Part shown: positions 19,133 to 28,800 of the stretch, one piece after another
How positions within the stretch are numbered: the first letter of the stretch is position 1
Layout of the letters: every line of letters starts with the position of its first letter
DNA from: Candidatus Latescibacterota bacterium
GTDB taxonomy: Bacteria; Krumholzibacteriota; Krumholzibacteriia; WVZY01
Direction of reading: 5' to 3'
Length of the DNA: 64,000 nucleotides
NCBI GenBank assembly: GCA_963791045.1
Contig: CAWBQK010000001.1
Coordinates: 96,001-160,000 of the forward strand
Notes under the pieces: generated by a model
Database searches by the model: none
The model's input: only the letters and a program-made list of their open reading frames with translations
What the model was told of the DNA's origin: nothing
Made by a program: the position numbers and the translations under genes

Positions 19133-20398
19133 TTATCGGGCTCCGGTGAAACTGGTTTTTGATTTTATGCTTTCGATGAGTTTACGAACATTTTCGCGGG
19201 GAGAAAACAGTTCGTTCGCCCTTTCTTTCCCCGCACCGACGAGAGCATTGAAAAGTGTGTCGTCAGCCGCAAGACGCTCGATACAATCCGCCAGGGCTTC
19301 CGCGTTCTCCGCCTCGAAGAGCAACCCGGTTTCCCCGTCGAATACGACTTCGGGAATCCCTCCGACCGGCGCCGCGATAACCGGGGTTCCCGACATCCAT
19401 GATTCCGCGATCACTGTCGGGAGACCTTCCCGGACACCCGTAGCGGTAATTCGCCCGGGAACGACGAGTGCAAGCGCCCCGGCGAGATGACCGGCAAACT
19501 CGTTGTGCTTGTAATATCCGGGCATTTCGGTACGTCCGGCAATTCCTTTTTCATCGGCGAGCGATTCGAGGAGTCCTCGCTCGGAACCTTCTCCGAGTAT
19601 CCGGAGCCGAACATCGACACCGCGCTTGTCAAGAACGCCGACGGCGCGGACCAGTACATCGAACCCTTTCGCCGGAACGAGATTTCCCGCGGCGAGTACG
19701 AGCGGCGGTTCGGATGTTTTGTCGACTCGCGGGCGCGGGTTGAAAACCACGCAGATCCTAATCATCTCGAACTTATCGGGCGCCGCCGCGGGCGCGGTTT
19801 TTTTCAAGTGACCGAGACCATCCTCGTGAACGGCGACGACAAGATCGGCATCCTCGAGTTTGCGCCGCCGCAGCGGATCCCTGAATGCCAGTGTGTTGAG
19901 ATGGATATCGAACGAATGGTAACGAATCGAGAAACCCACCCCGAGAAGCCGCTGCCCGACCCATGCGACGGTGGCCGGTGACGAACCGAAGTCGGCGTGA
20001 AGATGGGTCACCTGTTCGCGATCGGCATCACGGAGCAAAGGGAGCGCGACAAAAAAGACGGCTGCATTCTTGAACCAGTACACCGGATTTGATCTGGACG
20101 CCCACAGAAGGGCGGCAAACGATCCAAACAAGCCCAAAGGTTTTTTAAAAAGGAAGTAAAGAAAGCCTGCAAGGATGCCCGCGTACGACCAGGAAAGAAT
20201 ATCGCCGCGAACCTCTTCGAGCCGCTCGTGCTGGATACCGGCGCCTTTCTTTCGGTAAAAAGAATAAACGCGGACCGATGGGTCCTGACGACGCAGCTCG
20301 GCGATTTCATTGATTTCAAACGTGAGCTTGTAGGCATGGGACGCAATGTACCCGAGCTTGAACCGGTCGCCGTTGTTTGTGTTTGATGGGGTATTCAT
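19133..20398 (-). CDS. Glycosyltransferase family 4 (WcaL-like)
   Basis: HLHADFG, GNLVPAKGFDVL, EGLPTVIAE..GTPVIA..VGGIPEVV. Confidence 0.9.
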   Translation of the reverse strand: MNTPSNTNNGDRFKLGYIASHAYKLTFEINEIAELRRQDPSVRVYSFYRKKGAGIQHERLEEVRGDILSWSYAGILAGFLYFLFKKPLGLFGSFAALLWASRSNPVYWFKNAAVFFVALPLLRDADREQVTHLHADFGSSPATVAWVGQRLLGVGFSIRYHSFDIHLNTLAFRDPLRRRKLEDADLVVAVHEDGLGHLKKTAPAAAPDKFEMIRICVVFNPRPRVDKTSEPPLVLAAGNLVPAKGFDVLVRAVGVLDKRGVDVRLRILGEGSERGLLESLADEKGIAGRTEMPGYYKHNEFAGHLAGALALVVPGRITATGVREGLPTVIAESWMSGTPVIAAPVGGIPEVVFDGETGLLFEAENAEALADCIERLAADDTLFNALVGAGKERANELFSPRENVRKLIESIKSKTSFTGAR

Positions 20399-20430
20399 AA
20401 GTTTTTGGGAATCAGCCGCTTTGACTGACG

Positions 20431-20459
20431 ATTATAGGTTTGACGTCCGCGGGCGTCAA
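20431..20459 (-). promoter_or_regulatory. Sigma70-type promoter for the GT4-propeller operon
   Basis: TTGACG-N17-TATAAT. Confidence 0.75.
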
Positions 20460-20591
20460 GAAAACGACTCGGCACATCACCCGCCGAAAACCGTTGTTTC
20501 CGCCGGTTGCTTCCACTAATCTCATTGTGAACGGGGCGCCCAGATAGCGCGTGTCCCCCGACCCTCGACCAGGCTCTTACCCGCGATAGTC

Positions 20592-21512
20592 ATGAAGATT
20601 GCCGTTATTGTCAATCCAAACGCCGGACGCGCCCACAGGCGGCCCGGCGACGCGTCACTGCGGCGGGCGATCGAATCGCTCGGGCACAGTGTGACATTCC
20701 ACTATACAAAATCGCGCGGAGACGCCACACGCATCGCGGCCAGTCTCCCCAATGACATCGACGCGGTGGGCGTAATGGGCGGAGACGGGACGATCCACGA
20801 GACGGTCAACGGACTGCTTCCACGTCAGACCGCTTTGTTCGTAATTCCCCACGGCGCGGGCAACGACCTGGCAAGCCTGGTCTCGTGCCCGCGGACACCC
20901 GACGAACTGGCCGGCGTTCTCGATGAAGGAATGGCCGCCTCGCTCGACGTGCTTCGCTTTGGCGACCGCTACTGTGTCAACTCGGCGGGGCTTGGTTTTG
21001 AGGGAATGGTCAACCGGCACAGCCAGACCATTTCAATCGTCCGCGGACACGCGAGATATCTTCTCGCGCTTTTCAAATCTCTTAAGACTCACGTGTGCCC
21101 GCATTTCGAGATCGACGTGCATGGCGGCGAAAAGATCACAGGCAAGCGTCTCCTGGTTAGTGTCGGAAACGGTCACCGCACGGGTGGCGCATTCTATCTC
21201 ACTCCCGACGCGGTCCCCGACGACGGACTTCTCGACATCTGCATCGTCGATCCCATGAGCCGGCTGCGCATGCTCGGTCTTCTGCCCCGATCATTCAAAG
21301 GCAGCCATCCGGACCACCCCGCCGTGAGGATGATCCGCGCCGAATCACTCACCATAAAATCGGACGGGTGGTACCCGATGCACATCGATGGCGAGTACCA
21401 CGACGGCCGTGCCGATCAACTCGACATATCGGTAGTCCCCGGAGCGCTCCGCGTGCTGTGCAAACGCTTAGGCCCCAACAAGCTTCATAAAGAATTGATA
21501 AAGGTTATCTGA
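20592..21512 (+). CDS. Diacylglycerol kinase family lipid kinase (YegS/DgkB-like)
   Basis: IVNPNAG, GGDGTIHETVNG, PHGAGNDLA, GGAFYLTPDAVPDDGLLD, HIDGE. Confidence 0.92.
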   Translation: MKIAVIVNPNAGRAHRRPGDASLRRAIESLGHSVTFHYTKSRGDATRIAASLPNDIDAVGVMGGDGTIHETVNGLLPRQTALFVIPHGAGNDLASLVSCPRTPDELAGVLDEGMAASLDVLRFGDRYCVNSAGLGFEGMVNRHSQTISIVRGHARYLLALFKSLKTHVCPHFEIDVHGGEKITGKRLLVSVGNGHRTGGAFYLTPDAVPDDGLLDICIVDPMSRLRMLGLLPRSFKGSHPDHPAVRMIRAESLTIKSDGWYPMHIDGEYHDGRADQLDISVVPGALRVLCKRLGPNKLHKELIKVI

Positions 21513-21560
21513 CGCGTAAATCGCTGACCGGCGTGTTGGTGATGTTACGGGATTTCGCGG

Positions 21561-23282
21561 TTACTCGTACTGCAGTGTGGGATGGTTGTCCCCGCTCGCG
21601 GAGGATTTGGCAAACCCGTTGACGCGGTAAGCCGCCCAATCGGGCGCTTCCTCGATCCGGCCCTCCTCGATCGGTTCGAGACCGAGAACCACAAGCGGAT
21701 CGCGCATATGTTTCTTGCCAAAATCTCCGGTGAGAAAAAGTTCGAGCACGTTCTTGTTATCCACAATGACATCGACGCCCTCTTTTCTGAGGTAATCGCC
21801 GAGGTCGCCATTCTTGAGCGCGTCGAGCGCCTTGTTATTCACTTTCCCATCGAGATTGATGACCTTCCGGTTGGCCAGGTACCCTATAGCCCCGCTCTGA
21901 AAAACACCGATCGTATCGTCGGGCGACGTGTTCTCATCAACCCAGCAAGCCATGTCGTAAAAACAATACACGGCGTGCGAACGGCAGGCGCATGTGTACG
22001 CCATGTATCCGAACGCGCCGACATACATAACGAGCAACACGGCCACGGCGGCGCGCGCCGGGACGAGCCCGACGGGAACACGGCGAAGGACCTCTTCGAG
22101 AAAGAGCCCCGCGTAGATGCACGCGACGAAATACAGCGGAAAGTAATATCGCGCGAAGAAGAACACGCCGAAAACATAGAATGAATAGGCGGCGATCATA
22201 ACGACGGAGAAGAGAAGCAAAAACTGGAGTTCATCGAAACCTTTGCCCCCAAGACTGCGCCGACGGAAAACAACCAGGTATATAAAACCGGCCACAAGCG
22301 CGAGCCCAATGACATTCGCCACGATGGAGAGCGTACTCGCCGCGTCGAGCGAGACTCCGATCTTTTCGAGACCGCGGAAGAACGCATGAACGGGAGGCGC
22401 GAGTTTGAGCACCGAGAATGAATGAACGACGTGTCCCCACATGAAATTGATGTCGGGTCCGGAGTTCATCATGTCGGGAGTGCCGAGTCCGAAAAACGGC
22501 GCGTATGCAATCGAGAGATAACGCGTCGCCGACCCGCTGTCCTGAAAAATGTTCCCCATAGCAATCCCGCTGAAAACGAGCCACGGAGAGTAGACGGCGA
22601 GGGCAGCGCCGGCGGCCGCGCCAACATTCTTCAAAGCGCCCGAGCCCGCGCCCCGGCTCCGGAGTACGACGAGATAATCGAGCGCGATAACGAGGACGAG
22701 AAACGCCTCGTCAATCCGCGCGAGCACGGCAAGACCCGCGAGCACACCGAACCATACGAAGTGCTTGAGCGGGGGACGCTCGACCGAGCGGATCCGGCTC
22801 AGATAGAAATACACCACCGACGCAAACATACATAACGCGAGCGATGTTTCCAGACCGTTGGCCGCTTGTTTGGTGACGACCGGCGAGAAGGCCCACACGA
22901 TCGCCATGAGCGCCGCTATTTTTGTACTCGTATAACGCCCGATGATCTTGAACAACAACACCGCGGTGATGGCGGTAAGCAACGCGGAGAGAATCAACGC
23001 CGCGTAGATCGGGCCGATCAGATCGGACCCGCCGAGCGCGTAAAAAGGAACGATCATAAAGACGTACAGCGGTTGAAAACCGTTCGTCGGGTGGACGCCG
23101 TCAAAGCTCACACCATTCCCGGTGGCTATGTTCTGGGCAATTTTGAACGCGTAGAAGCTGTCGTCATACAGGAAGCCGTTCCGGGCAAGAACGGAAAAAT
23201 CCTGCGCAACGATCGCCACGTGGAAGACGAGCGCGGTTATGAACAGGCCAAGAATAAACAGCCTGGCGCGAGGGTGTGTCAT
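21561..23282 (-). CDS. GT-C fold membrane glycosyltransferase-like protein
   Basis: YDDSFYAFKIAQNI after TM1, TNGFQPL, NGLET, LARID, VINLDG; more than 10 TM helices. Confidence 0.7.
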   Translation of the reverse strand: MTHPRARLFILGLFITALVFHVAIVAQDFSVLARNGFLYDDSFYAFKIAQNIATGNGVSFDGVHPTNGFQPLYVFMIVPFYALGGSDLIGPIYAALILSALLTAITAVLLFKIIGRYTSTKIAALMAIVWAFSPVVTKQAANGLETSLALCMFASVVYFYLSRIRSVERPPLKHFVWFGVLAGLAVLARIDEAFLVLVIALDYLVVLRSRGAGSGALKNVGAAAGAALAVYSPWLVFSGIAMGNIFQDSGSATRYLSIAYAPFFGLGTPDMMNSGPDINFMWGHVVHSFSVLKLAPPVHAFFRGLEKIGVSLDAASTLSIVANVIGLALVAGFIYLVVFRRRSLGGKGFDELQFLLLFSVVMIAAYSFYVFGVFFFARYYFPLYFVACIYAGLFLEEVLRRVPVGLVPARAAVAVLLVMYVGAFGYMAYTCACRSHAVYCFYDMACWVDENTSPDDTIGVFQSGAIGYLANRKVINLDGKVNNKALDALKNGDLGDYLRKEGVDVIVDNKNVLELFLTGDFGKKHMRDPLVVLGLEPIEEGRIEEAPDWAAYRVNGFAKSSASGDNHPTLQYE

Positions 23283-23357
23283 TTAAGGAGTCTCAGTCTG
23301 TTAACAGTCAGTTCCCTATCGTTTCCTCTGGTTGAAGGACGTACGCGTACAGGGTCA

Positions 23358-23386
23358 ATTGTACCGCAGAATACCCTCAATGTCAA
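23358..23386 (-). promoter_or_regulatory. Sigma70-type promoter
   Basis: TTGACA-N17-TACAAT upstream of the GT-C-like gene. Confidence 0.75.
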
Positions 23387-23423
23387 TTTGGTAACCACTA
23401 AGAGATATGGTGAAACAATTTCC

Positions 23424-25502
23424 CTAACGTTTTATCAAGATAAGAGATACACCGTTTGGTTCCACCAGAGTGAACGGCACCGGATCGCCGAGCCGGTGGA
23501 CGGGCGTGAGAATGGTCGGGAGGGGCACTCTCATCCCGCTATCCCAGTGGTAAGGGAGGAGAAACGCCTCGTCACCGGGCCCGACGGCGATTTGGATTTG
23601 ATTGAAATCCGCGACGATAGCCCCGACATCCACTGTCGGCCGGTTGACACGCCATAATCTGTAATGCGGAGATGCCCACGCAATTTCGGCCGCACCACGC
23701 CCGCCGGTCTCCCAACCCGCGGGCGCCGCGCCCGCCGCCTCGGAGGCCCGGGTAATGTACGCACGGGTCGCCGGGCTCGCCGTGACGATCCACCTCACAT
23801 TGTAGAGATCGATGTAGCGCCAGAACAGGGCGGGTGAAATCTCCTCAAGCGGTTTGCCGAAGGTTTTGTCCTTTTGAAAGGTCGCGAAATGATGTTTCAA
23901 AAAGGTGAAAGGGTACGGGCCGCCAATCTGCTCGACACCGGTGTAGATGGGAAGAATCCCCGGCATGTGCGATTCCCCGTACAGCGCCGCGGGCCCATCC
24001 TCGATCATGAGCCGGCCCGAGGAATCGGTTTGATTGACGAGGACGTCGATGAGCGTCTGGACTTCGGGGGCGAACGACGTGGTGATACGGTGCTGGTACC
24101 CGGTTCTCGCCGACAAGAACGACAAGACGATGGGAGCGATGAAGAGCACTGCGAACACGGCACGTTCAAAAATGCTTCGCATGCTTGATGGCCCGGTACG
24201 GGTCCTGTCATCGGCCACCCCACGCGTGCTCGCTTCGCTCCGCCGCTCTGGGGGCCCCGCCGATGCCACCCGTACCTGTTCCGCGTGTACGGTCAAACGA
24301 CCGGGTTTTGCCGCACGGGCCACAAGCCGACCCACACCGTCGAGCGCCAGCGCGGCGCCGGCTCCGGCGAGCGGCGCCGCGAAGAACAGTGTCGTCAGGA
24401 GGAACCGCCCCGGTTCGAGGTGTTCGATGCCGGGGAGATACACCCCGTACGAGCTGATTCCGAAAAGAAACAAAACCGAGGGGATCATCACCGCCGCACC
24501 TGTGGAGCGGCGCACGCGCCACGCACCGAGCACGGCAAGCGCGAGAAAAACGAGTGCGGGGAAACATCCGGGGTGGAAGAACTCGCAGACAAAATCGCGG
24601 GCGCCGCCGGTCTGAAAAAATTCCTTGGACGACGCCTTGGCGGTCATATTGGCAAGCATCGGCAGCACCCAGATCAAGTTGACGACAATCACGACCCCGC
24701 ACCATAAGAGAAACCCGAGCGCCTTTTTGGATGTGAGTCGTTTTCGTTCCATCACGAACAACATGACGAACGGGACGGCCAGCGCGACGACGGCCGTCGG
24801 GTGAATGAGAAAGGCGACGGGCCCCAACACAAAGAACCAGAGTCTTTCTCCCGTCCGCAGAAATCGGCGAAAGAGCCCGACGACAAGAATCGAAAAGTGA
24901 CTGACAAAGATAAACTCGAACATCCCCGCGTAACGGAAGTGCGACGCATACGGCCGACCCCAGTGCCAGAAGATGAGTAGTGCCCCGACGCCGAGAAGGG
25001 ATTCCCGCCGGTCAAAGCCGAGCAATCTGGCGCCGCCGAACACCGTGAACACCATTGAAAGGTAACAAACAAGGATAAAGAACTTGAGCCCGCGCGCCAG
25101 CTGGCCCGCAGGAAAAAGCGCGCAAAACAACTCCGAGCCCTTGACATCGAGATCGAAAATCGCGCTCGGAAAGCCCGCCATGAAGTACGGGTCGTAGGCG
25201 TTGAGTCGTCCGGTCTCGAGCAGAACGTGCTTGGCCCGCCATGCCTGGTAATAGTGGAACGAGTGGTCGAGGGTGACAACGGGTTTGTCGTTCAGAATGT
25301 CACCGGGGGAGAAGAAGAAGAGTGTCGCGGCGAAGTGAACCAGGAAGAGACACAAGAGAAGCGTTTTTGTGTGGCGTTCGTAGAACGCCCCATCGGAAGC
25401 TCCGAGGAAATCGTGCTTTCGCCCCGCCCTGCGATTATCTATGATGTTGCCATCCATGAACGACACCGGCATTCTATCGAAGAACCCGAAACGGAAACCC
25501 AT
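23424..25502 (-). CDS. Polytopic membrane protein, GT-C/YfhO-like
   Basis: DHSFHYY after TM1, YDPYFMAGFP, many TM helices, extracytoplasmic C-terminal domain. The start may be ATG 25457 or later. Confidence 0.65.
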   Translation of the reverse strand: MGFRFGFFDRMPVSFMDGNIIDNRRAGRKHDFLGASDGAFYERHTKTLLLCLFLVHFAATLFFFSPGDILNDKPVVTLDHSFHYYQAWRAKHVLLETGRLNAYDPYFMAGFPSAIFDLDVKGSELFCALFPAGQLARGLKFFILVCYLSMVFTVFGGARLLGFDRRESLLGVGALLIFWHWGRPYASHFRYAGMFEFIFVSHFSILVVGLFRRFLRTGERLWFFVLGPVAFLIHPTAVVALAVPFVMLFVMERKRLTSKKALGFLLWCGVVIVVNLIWVLPMLANMTAKASSKEFFQTGGARDFVCEFFHPGCFPALVFLALAVLGAWRVRRSTGAAVMIPSVLFLFGISSYGVYLPGIEHLEPGRFLLTTLFFAAPLAGAGAALALDGVGRLVARAAKPGRLTVHAEQVRVASAGPPERRSEASTRGVADDRTRTGPSSMRSIFERAVFAVLFIAPIVLSFLSARTGYQHRITTSFAPEVQTLIDVLVNQTDSSGRLMIEDGPAALYGESHMPGILPIYTGVEQIGGPYPFTFLKHHFATFQKDKTFGKPLEEISPALFWRYIDLYNVRWIVTASPATRAYITRASEAAGAAPAGWETGGRGAAEIAWASPHYRLWRVNRPTVDVGAIVADFNQIQIAVGPGDEAFLLPYHWDSGMRVPLPTILTPVHRLGDPVPFTLVEPNGVSLILIKR
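24195..24276. repeat. Palindromic REP/MITE-like element embedded in frame in a CDS
   Basis: Nested arms GGTACGGGT/ACCCGTACC, CATCGGC/GCCGATG and CCCCA/TGGGG around GCTCGCTTCGCTC. Confidence 0.55.
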
Positions 25503-25510
25503 CTCAACCC

Positions 25511-26407
25511 ATGAGTAACGGCCTCAAATTCATCGTTTTTAGCGCCCTCTGTCTTATCTGGAGTTCCACCTGGATAATGATCAAGGTGGGGCTGGACGGT
25601 GCCCCCCCAATAACAGCCGCCGGAATCCGATTTATCATAGCAGCTTTGATGATATTTGCAATCCTCGTCGCCAAACGAATCAAGCTACCCAGAGACAGGC
25701 AATTTTACATGCTGGCGCTGTTTCTGGGCGTTTTCCAGATGGGAATCCCTTACGCGCTCGTTTATTGGGCGGAGCAGCACATAAGCTCGGGGCTCACATC
25801 GATCCTCTTCAGCACGATGCCCTTTACCGTCGCTATTCTCGCGCGTGTTTTCATCGGTGACCCGATCACATTCCGTAAAATGGCGGGAATCATGATCGGA
25901 ACCGTGGGCGTCGCCGTCATTTTCTGGGATAGCTCAACACTTGGGGGCAGCCAAAGTGTTTGGGGGATTTCCGCGGCTCTCGGGAGCGCGATCCTCGCGA
26001 GCGTCTCGACAATCGCCATCAAAAAATATTCGCGTTCCTACAATCCCCTCGCGTCGATATTCCTCCCAATGGTTATCGGCGGCGTGGTATTGATGATCGG
26101 CAGTTTCATATTCGAGGCGGGGCGGCCCGTCACCTGGAATTTTATCACGGTAACGAGCATCCTCTATCTCGCCGGGCTCGGATCGGTGGCGGCATTCGGA
26201 CTCTACTACTGGATCATCAAACACATGGACGTCACGGTGCTTTCCTACCAAACGTTCATCATTCCGATTCTCGCATGTGTCATAGGCTGGATTTTTCTCC
26301 GCGAAACCATTACACTCAATATCGCCCTCGGCGGAGGAATGATTCTCGCAGGCATCGCTCTTGCTACGTTCCGTGGGTTCCGCAAAATAAGGAGTCCTGT
26401 TGTCTGA
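25511..26407 (+). CDS. EamA/DMT family transporter
   Basis: About 10 TM helices; LIWSSTW, AAGIRF, WAEQHISSGL. Confidence 0.92.
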   Translation: MSNGLKFIVFSALCLIWSSTWIMIKVGLDGAPPITAAGIRFIIAALMIFAILVAKRIKLPRDRQFYMLALFLGVFQMGIPYALVYWAEQHISSGLTSILFSTMPFTVAILARVFIGDPITFRKMAGIMIGTVGVAVIFWDSSTLGGSQSVWGISAALGSAILASVSTIAIKKYSRSYNPLASIFLPMVIGGVVLMIGSFIFEAGRPVTWNFITVTSILYLAGLGSVAAFGLYYWIIKHMDVTVLSYQTFIIPILACVIGWIFLRETITLNIALGGGMILAGIALATFRGFRKIRSPVV

Positions 26408-27161
26408 CCTTGCGTACGCGATCGAAAAAGCGGCCGGGTATCTCAACGAGTCCCGGTCGCTCGCGGTGTCGACCGGCGCCGGGATGTCGAAGGAGAGCGG
26501 AATTCCGACATTCAGAGACGCACCGAATGCGCTGTGGGCAAATTACGACCCTGAAACTCTCGCCAGCCCCGAAGGGTGGCGGCGGGACCCAGCCCTGGTA
26601 TGGCGCTGGTATGCCGAACGCCGTCGATTGATCGCCGAGACGAAACCCCACGCGGGACACTTCGCGATCGCGGAACTCGAGGACCAGTTCGAAGAATTTG
26701 TTGTCATTACACAGAATATCGACGATCTTCACCGAAGGGCGGGGTCGCGAGAGTTAGTCGAAGTGCACGGAAATATATTCCGTTATAAGTGCTTCGACGC
26801 GGAACACGAGATCGAGACGGTCCCAGAGGGGATCGATGAACCGCCACGGTGTTCATGCGGATCGCTGGTCCGACCGGCGGTCGTCTGGTTCGGGGAAATG
26901 CTCCCCGAAGAAGCCATAAGACGTTCTTATGTCGCAATTGACTCTTGCGATACGATGCTCGTCGTGGGAACATCGGGAACCGTTTTTCCTCTGGCGGGGT
27001 TTCCGTCGCTCGCAAGACGGGCCGGCGCCCGGATCATCGAGATCAACCCGGAGATGACGCCGATCACGCAGGATGCCGACTTGTTTCTCGAGGGCCCGGC
27101 GGGCGAAGTGCTTCCCCGGCTTGTCGAAAAGTTTATCTCACTGAGGTCTTCTTCGAAGTGA
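26400..27161 (+). CDS. cobB: NAD-dependent protein deacylase (class III sirtuin)
   Basis: TGAGMSKESGIPTFRD, ITQNIDDLH, VHGNI, RPAVVWFGE, VGTSG, IEIN. Confidence 0.94.
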   Translation: MSDLAYAIEKAAGYLNESRSLAVSTGAGMSKESGIPTFRDAPNALWANYDPETLASPEGWRRDPALVWRWYAERRRLIAETKPHAGHFAIAELEDQFEEFVVITQNIDDLHRRAGSRELVEVHGNIFRYKCFDAEHEIETVPEGIDEPPRCSCGSLVRPAVVWFGEMLPEEAIRRSYVAIDSCDTMLVVGTSGTVFPLAGFPSLARRAGARIIEINPEMTPITQDADLFLEGPAGEVLPRLVEKFISLRSSSK

Positions 27162-28783
27162 CACGCTTTTTTGTGAAATCATTTCAAACCCACCGCCGGT
27201 TTGCCGCCACCGTCGCATTATTGGTATGCGCGCTCGTAGCGCTCGCCTCCCCACCCGCGCAAACGGCGGACGGGGACCTCATTCGTAGTGTCACCATCCA
27301 GCCATTCTATTTTTCGCCAGACGGCAACAGTGTCGCCGACGTCACCACCCTTCGCTTTGTGTTGAATGACACGGCGACTGTATTCCTCTTTGTAATGGAG
27401 AAAGACTCGACCACGGTCGTGGACACGCTCGTCGCCGGCGTGGAGAAACCAAATCTCACCGAGCACCTCGCGTTGTGGGACGGACGTTACTTCGACGGGA
27501 CGCCGGCGCCCGAGGATACTTTCATCGCTTATGTGAAAGCGGTAAGCGTCACCGATGCCGATTCGACGTTCTCGGCCCACTTTTTTATCGATAACACCGA
27601 CCCACAGGTGATGATCACCAATATCGCCCCCGGGTTCATCGCACCGGGTTCGAGCGACCCCGCGCAGACATCGGACACCGAAGTGACCTTCACGACATCC
27701 GACCCCCCGCCCACGGACAGCGTCGAAGTCGATATCGTCGTATACGGGCCAACGGGCGCTCGGGTCGAGACTTTCCCGGAAATACTCGTAGCGGCCAACG
27801 GCACCTACAAAGGGGTATGGAACGGGGACATCGCCACAGCCGACGGTCTCCACAAAATTGAGATCACGGCCACCGATCGCGCGCTCAATTCGAACACGAC
27901 CTGGTCGTATGTCGATGTCGACCTCGACGGACCCGAGATCGCAATTACGAATATGGAAAACAACGTAACGATCGCCGCCGTGCCCGACAGCCTCTTCGGT
28001 TGGGCATGGGATCGAAACGGCGTCCGCGATTCGCTGTGGGTCCGTTACGACCCGGCGGATGACTTCGCCGAGGTCGACACGAAGTACATTAGGGACGACA
28101 CACTGTTCTTCTCGGTGCCACTCGCGAGCCTGACCACCGAAGAGGGATCCTACACGCTTGGGTTCCTGGCAAAAGACCTGGCGGGCCAACGGCAAATCCA
28201 GGCACATGCGTTCACGTATACAACGGCGATGCCGCCCGTGCTCGACGAACCGGCCGAGCCGGTGACGCGGTCGCCCGAATTCATTCTCGACGGCACGGTA
28301 AGCGGAGCATCGAGCTTCATCTTGTACATATACCAGAACGAAACGCTCATCGATTCGATTTTCCCGAACGTCCCGGGCAACTGGCCATATCCGATGACAC
28401 TCGCCCCGGGGCTCAACCGGATCTATGCGACGATGGGTGACGACGCGGGCAATGTCAGCGCGCCGTCCAACACTATTGAAGTCACGTTTGACAACTCGGC
28501 CGGGCTTTACATCCCGCAGCCTTTTAAACAAGGGGACGCATTCCAGATCAACTTGTCGAAGAATGCGTCGTCGGTAACGCTGCGGCTTTACGATCTCGGA
28601 GGAAACCTGGTCCAGATTCTTTACGGGTCCGACATTTCGATGAATGTGTCAATTCCGTGGGATGCGCTCAATGGTGATGGCGAGGATGTCAAGAAGGGGC
28701 CGCTCGTTGCCGTTGCGGCAATAGTCTATGCGGACGGATCTGCCCGCGAGATTATAAGAGAAATCTTTGTCTGCGAACCGTGA
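27158..28783 (+). CDS. Secreted Ig-like repeat protein with FlgD/T9SS-like C-terminal domain
   Basis: Signal peptide after GTG 27158 (GTGA overlap with the cobB stop); FSPDGNSVAD, WDGR, WNG repeats; C-terminus PQPF...LRLYDLGGNLVQIL...WDALNGDGEDVKKG. Confidence 0.75.
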   Translation: MTRFFVKSFQTHRRFAATVALLVCALVALASPPAQTADGDLIRSVTIQPFYFSPDGNSVADVTTLRFVLNDTATVFLFVMEKDSTTVVDTLVAGVEKPNLTEHLALWDGRYFDGTPAPEDTFIAYVKAVSVTDADSTFSAHFFIDNTDPQVMITNIAPGFIAPGSSDPAQTSDTEVTFTTSDPPPTDSVEVDIVVYGPTGARVETFPEILVAANGTYKGVWNGDIATADGLHKIEITATDRALNSNTTWSYVDVDLDGPEIAITNMENNVTIAAVPDSLFGWAWDRNGVRDSLWVRYDPADDFAEVDTKYIRDDTLFFSVPLASLTTEEGSYTLGFLAKDLAGQRQIQAHAFTYTTAMPPVLDEPAEPVTRSPEFILDGTVSGASSFILYIYQNETLIDSIFPNVPGNWPYPMTLAPGLNRIYATMGDDAGNVSAPSNTIEVTFDNSAGLYIPQPFKQGDAFQINLSKNASSVTLRLYDLGGNLVQILYGSDISMNVSIPWDALNGDGEDVKKGPLVAVAAIVYADGSAREIIREIFVCEP

Positions 28784-28800
28784 GATGTAACAAGACAATT

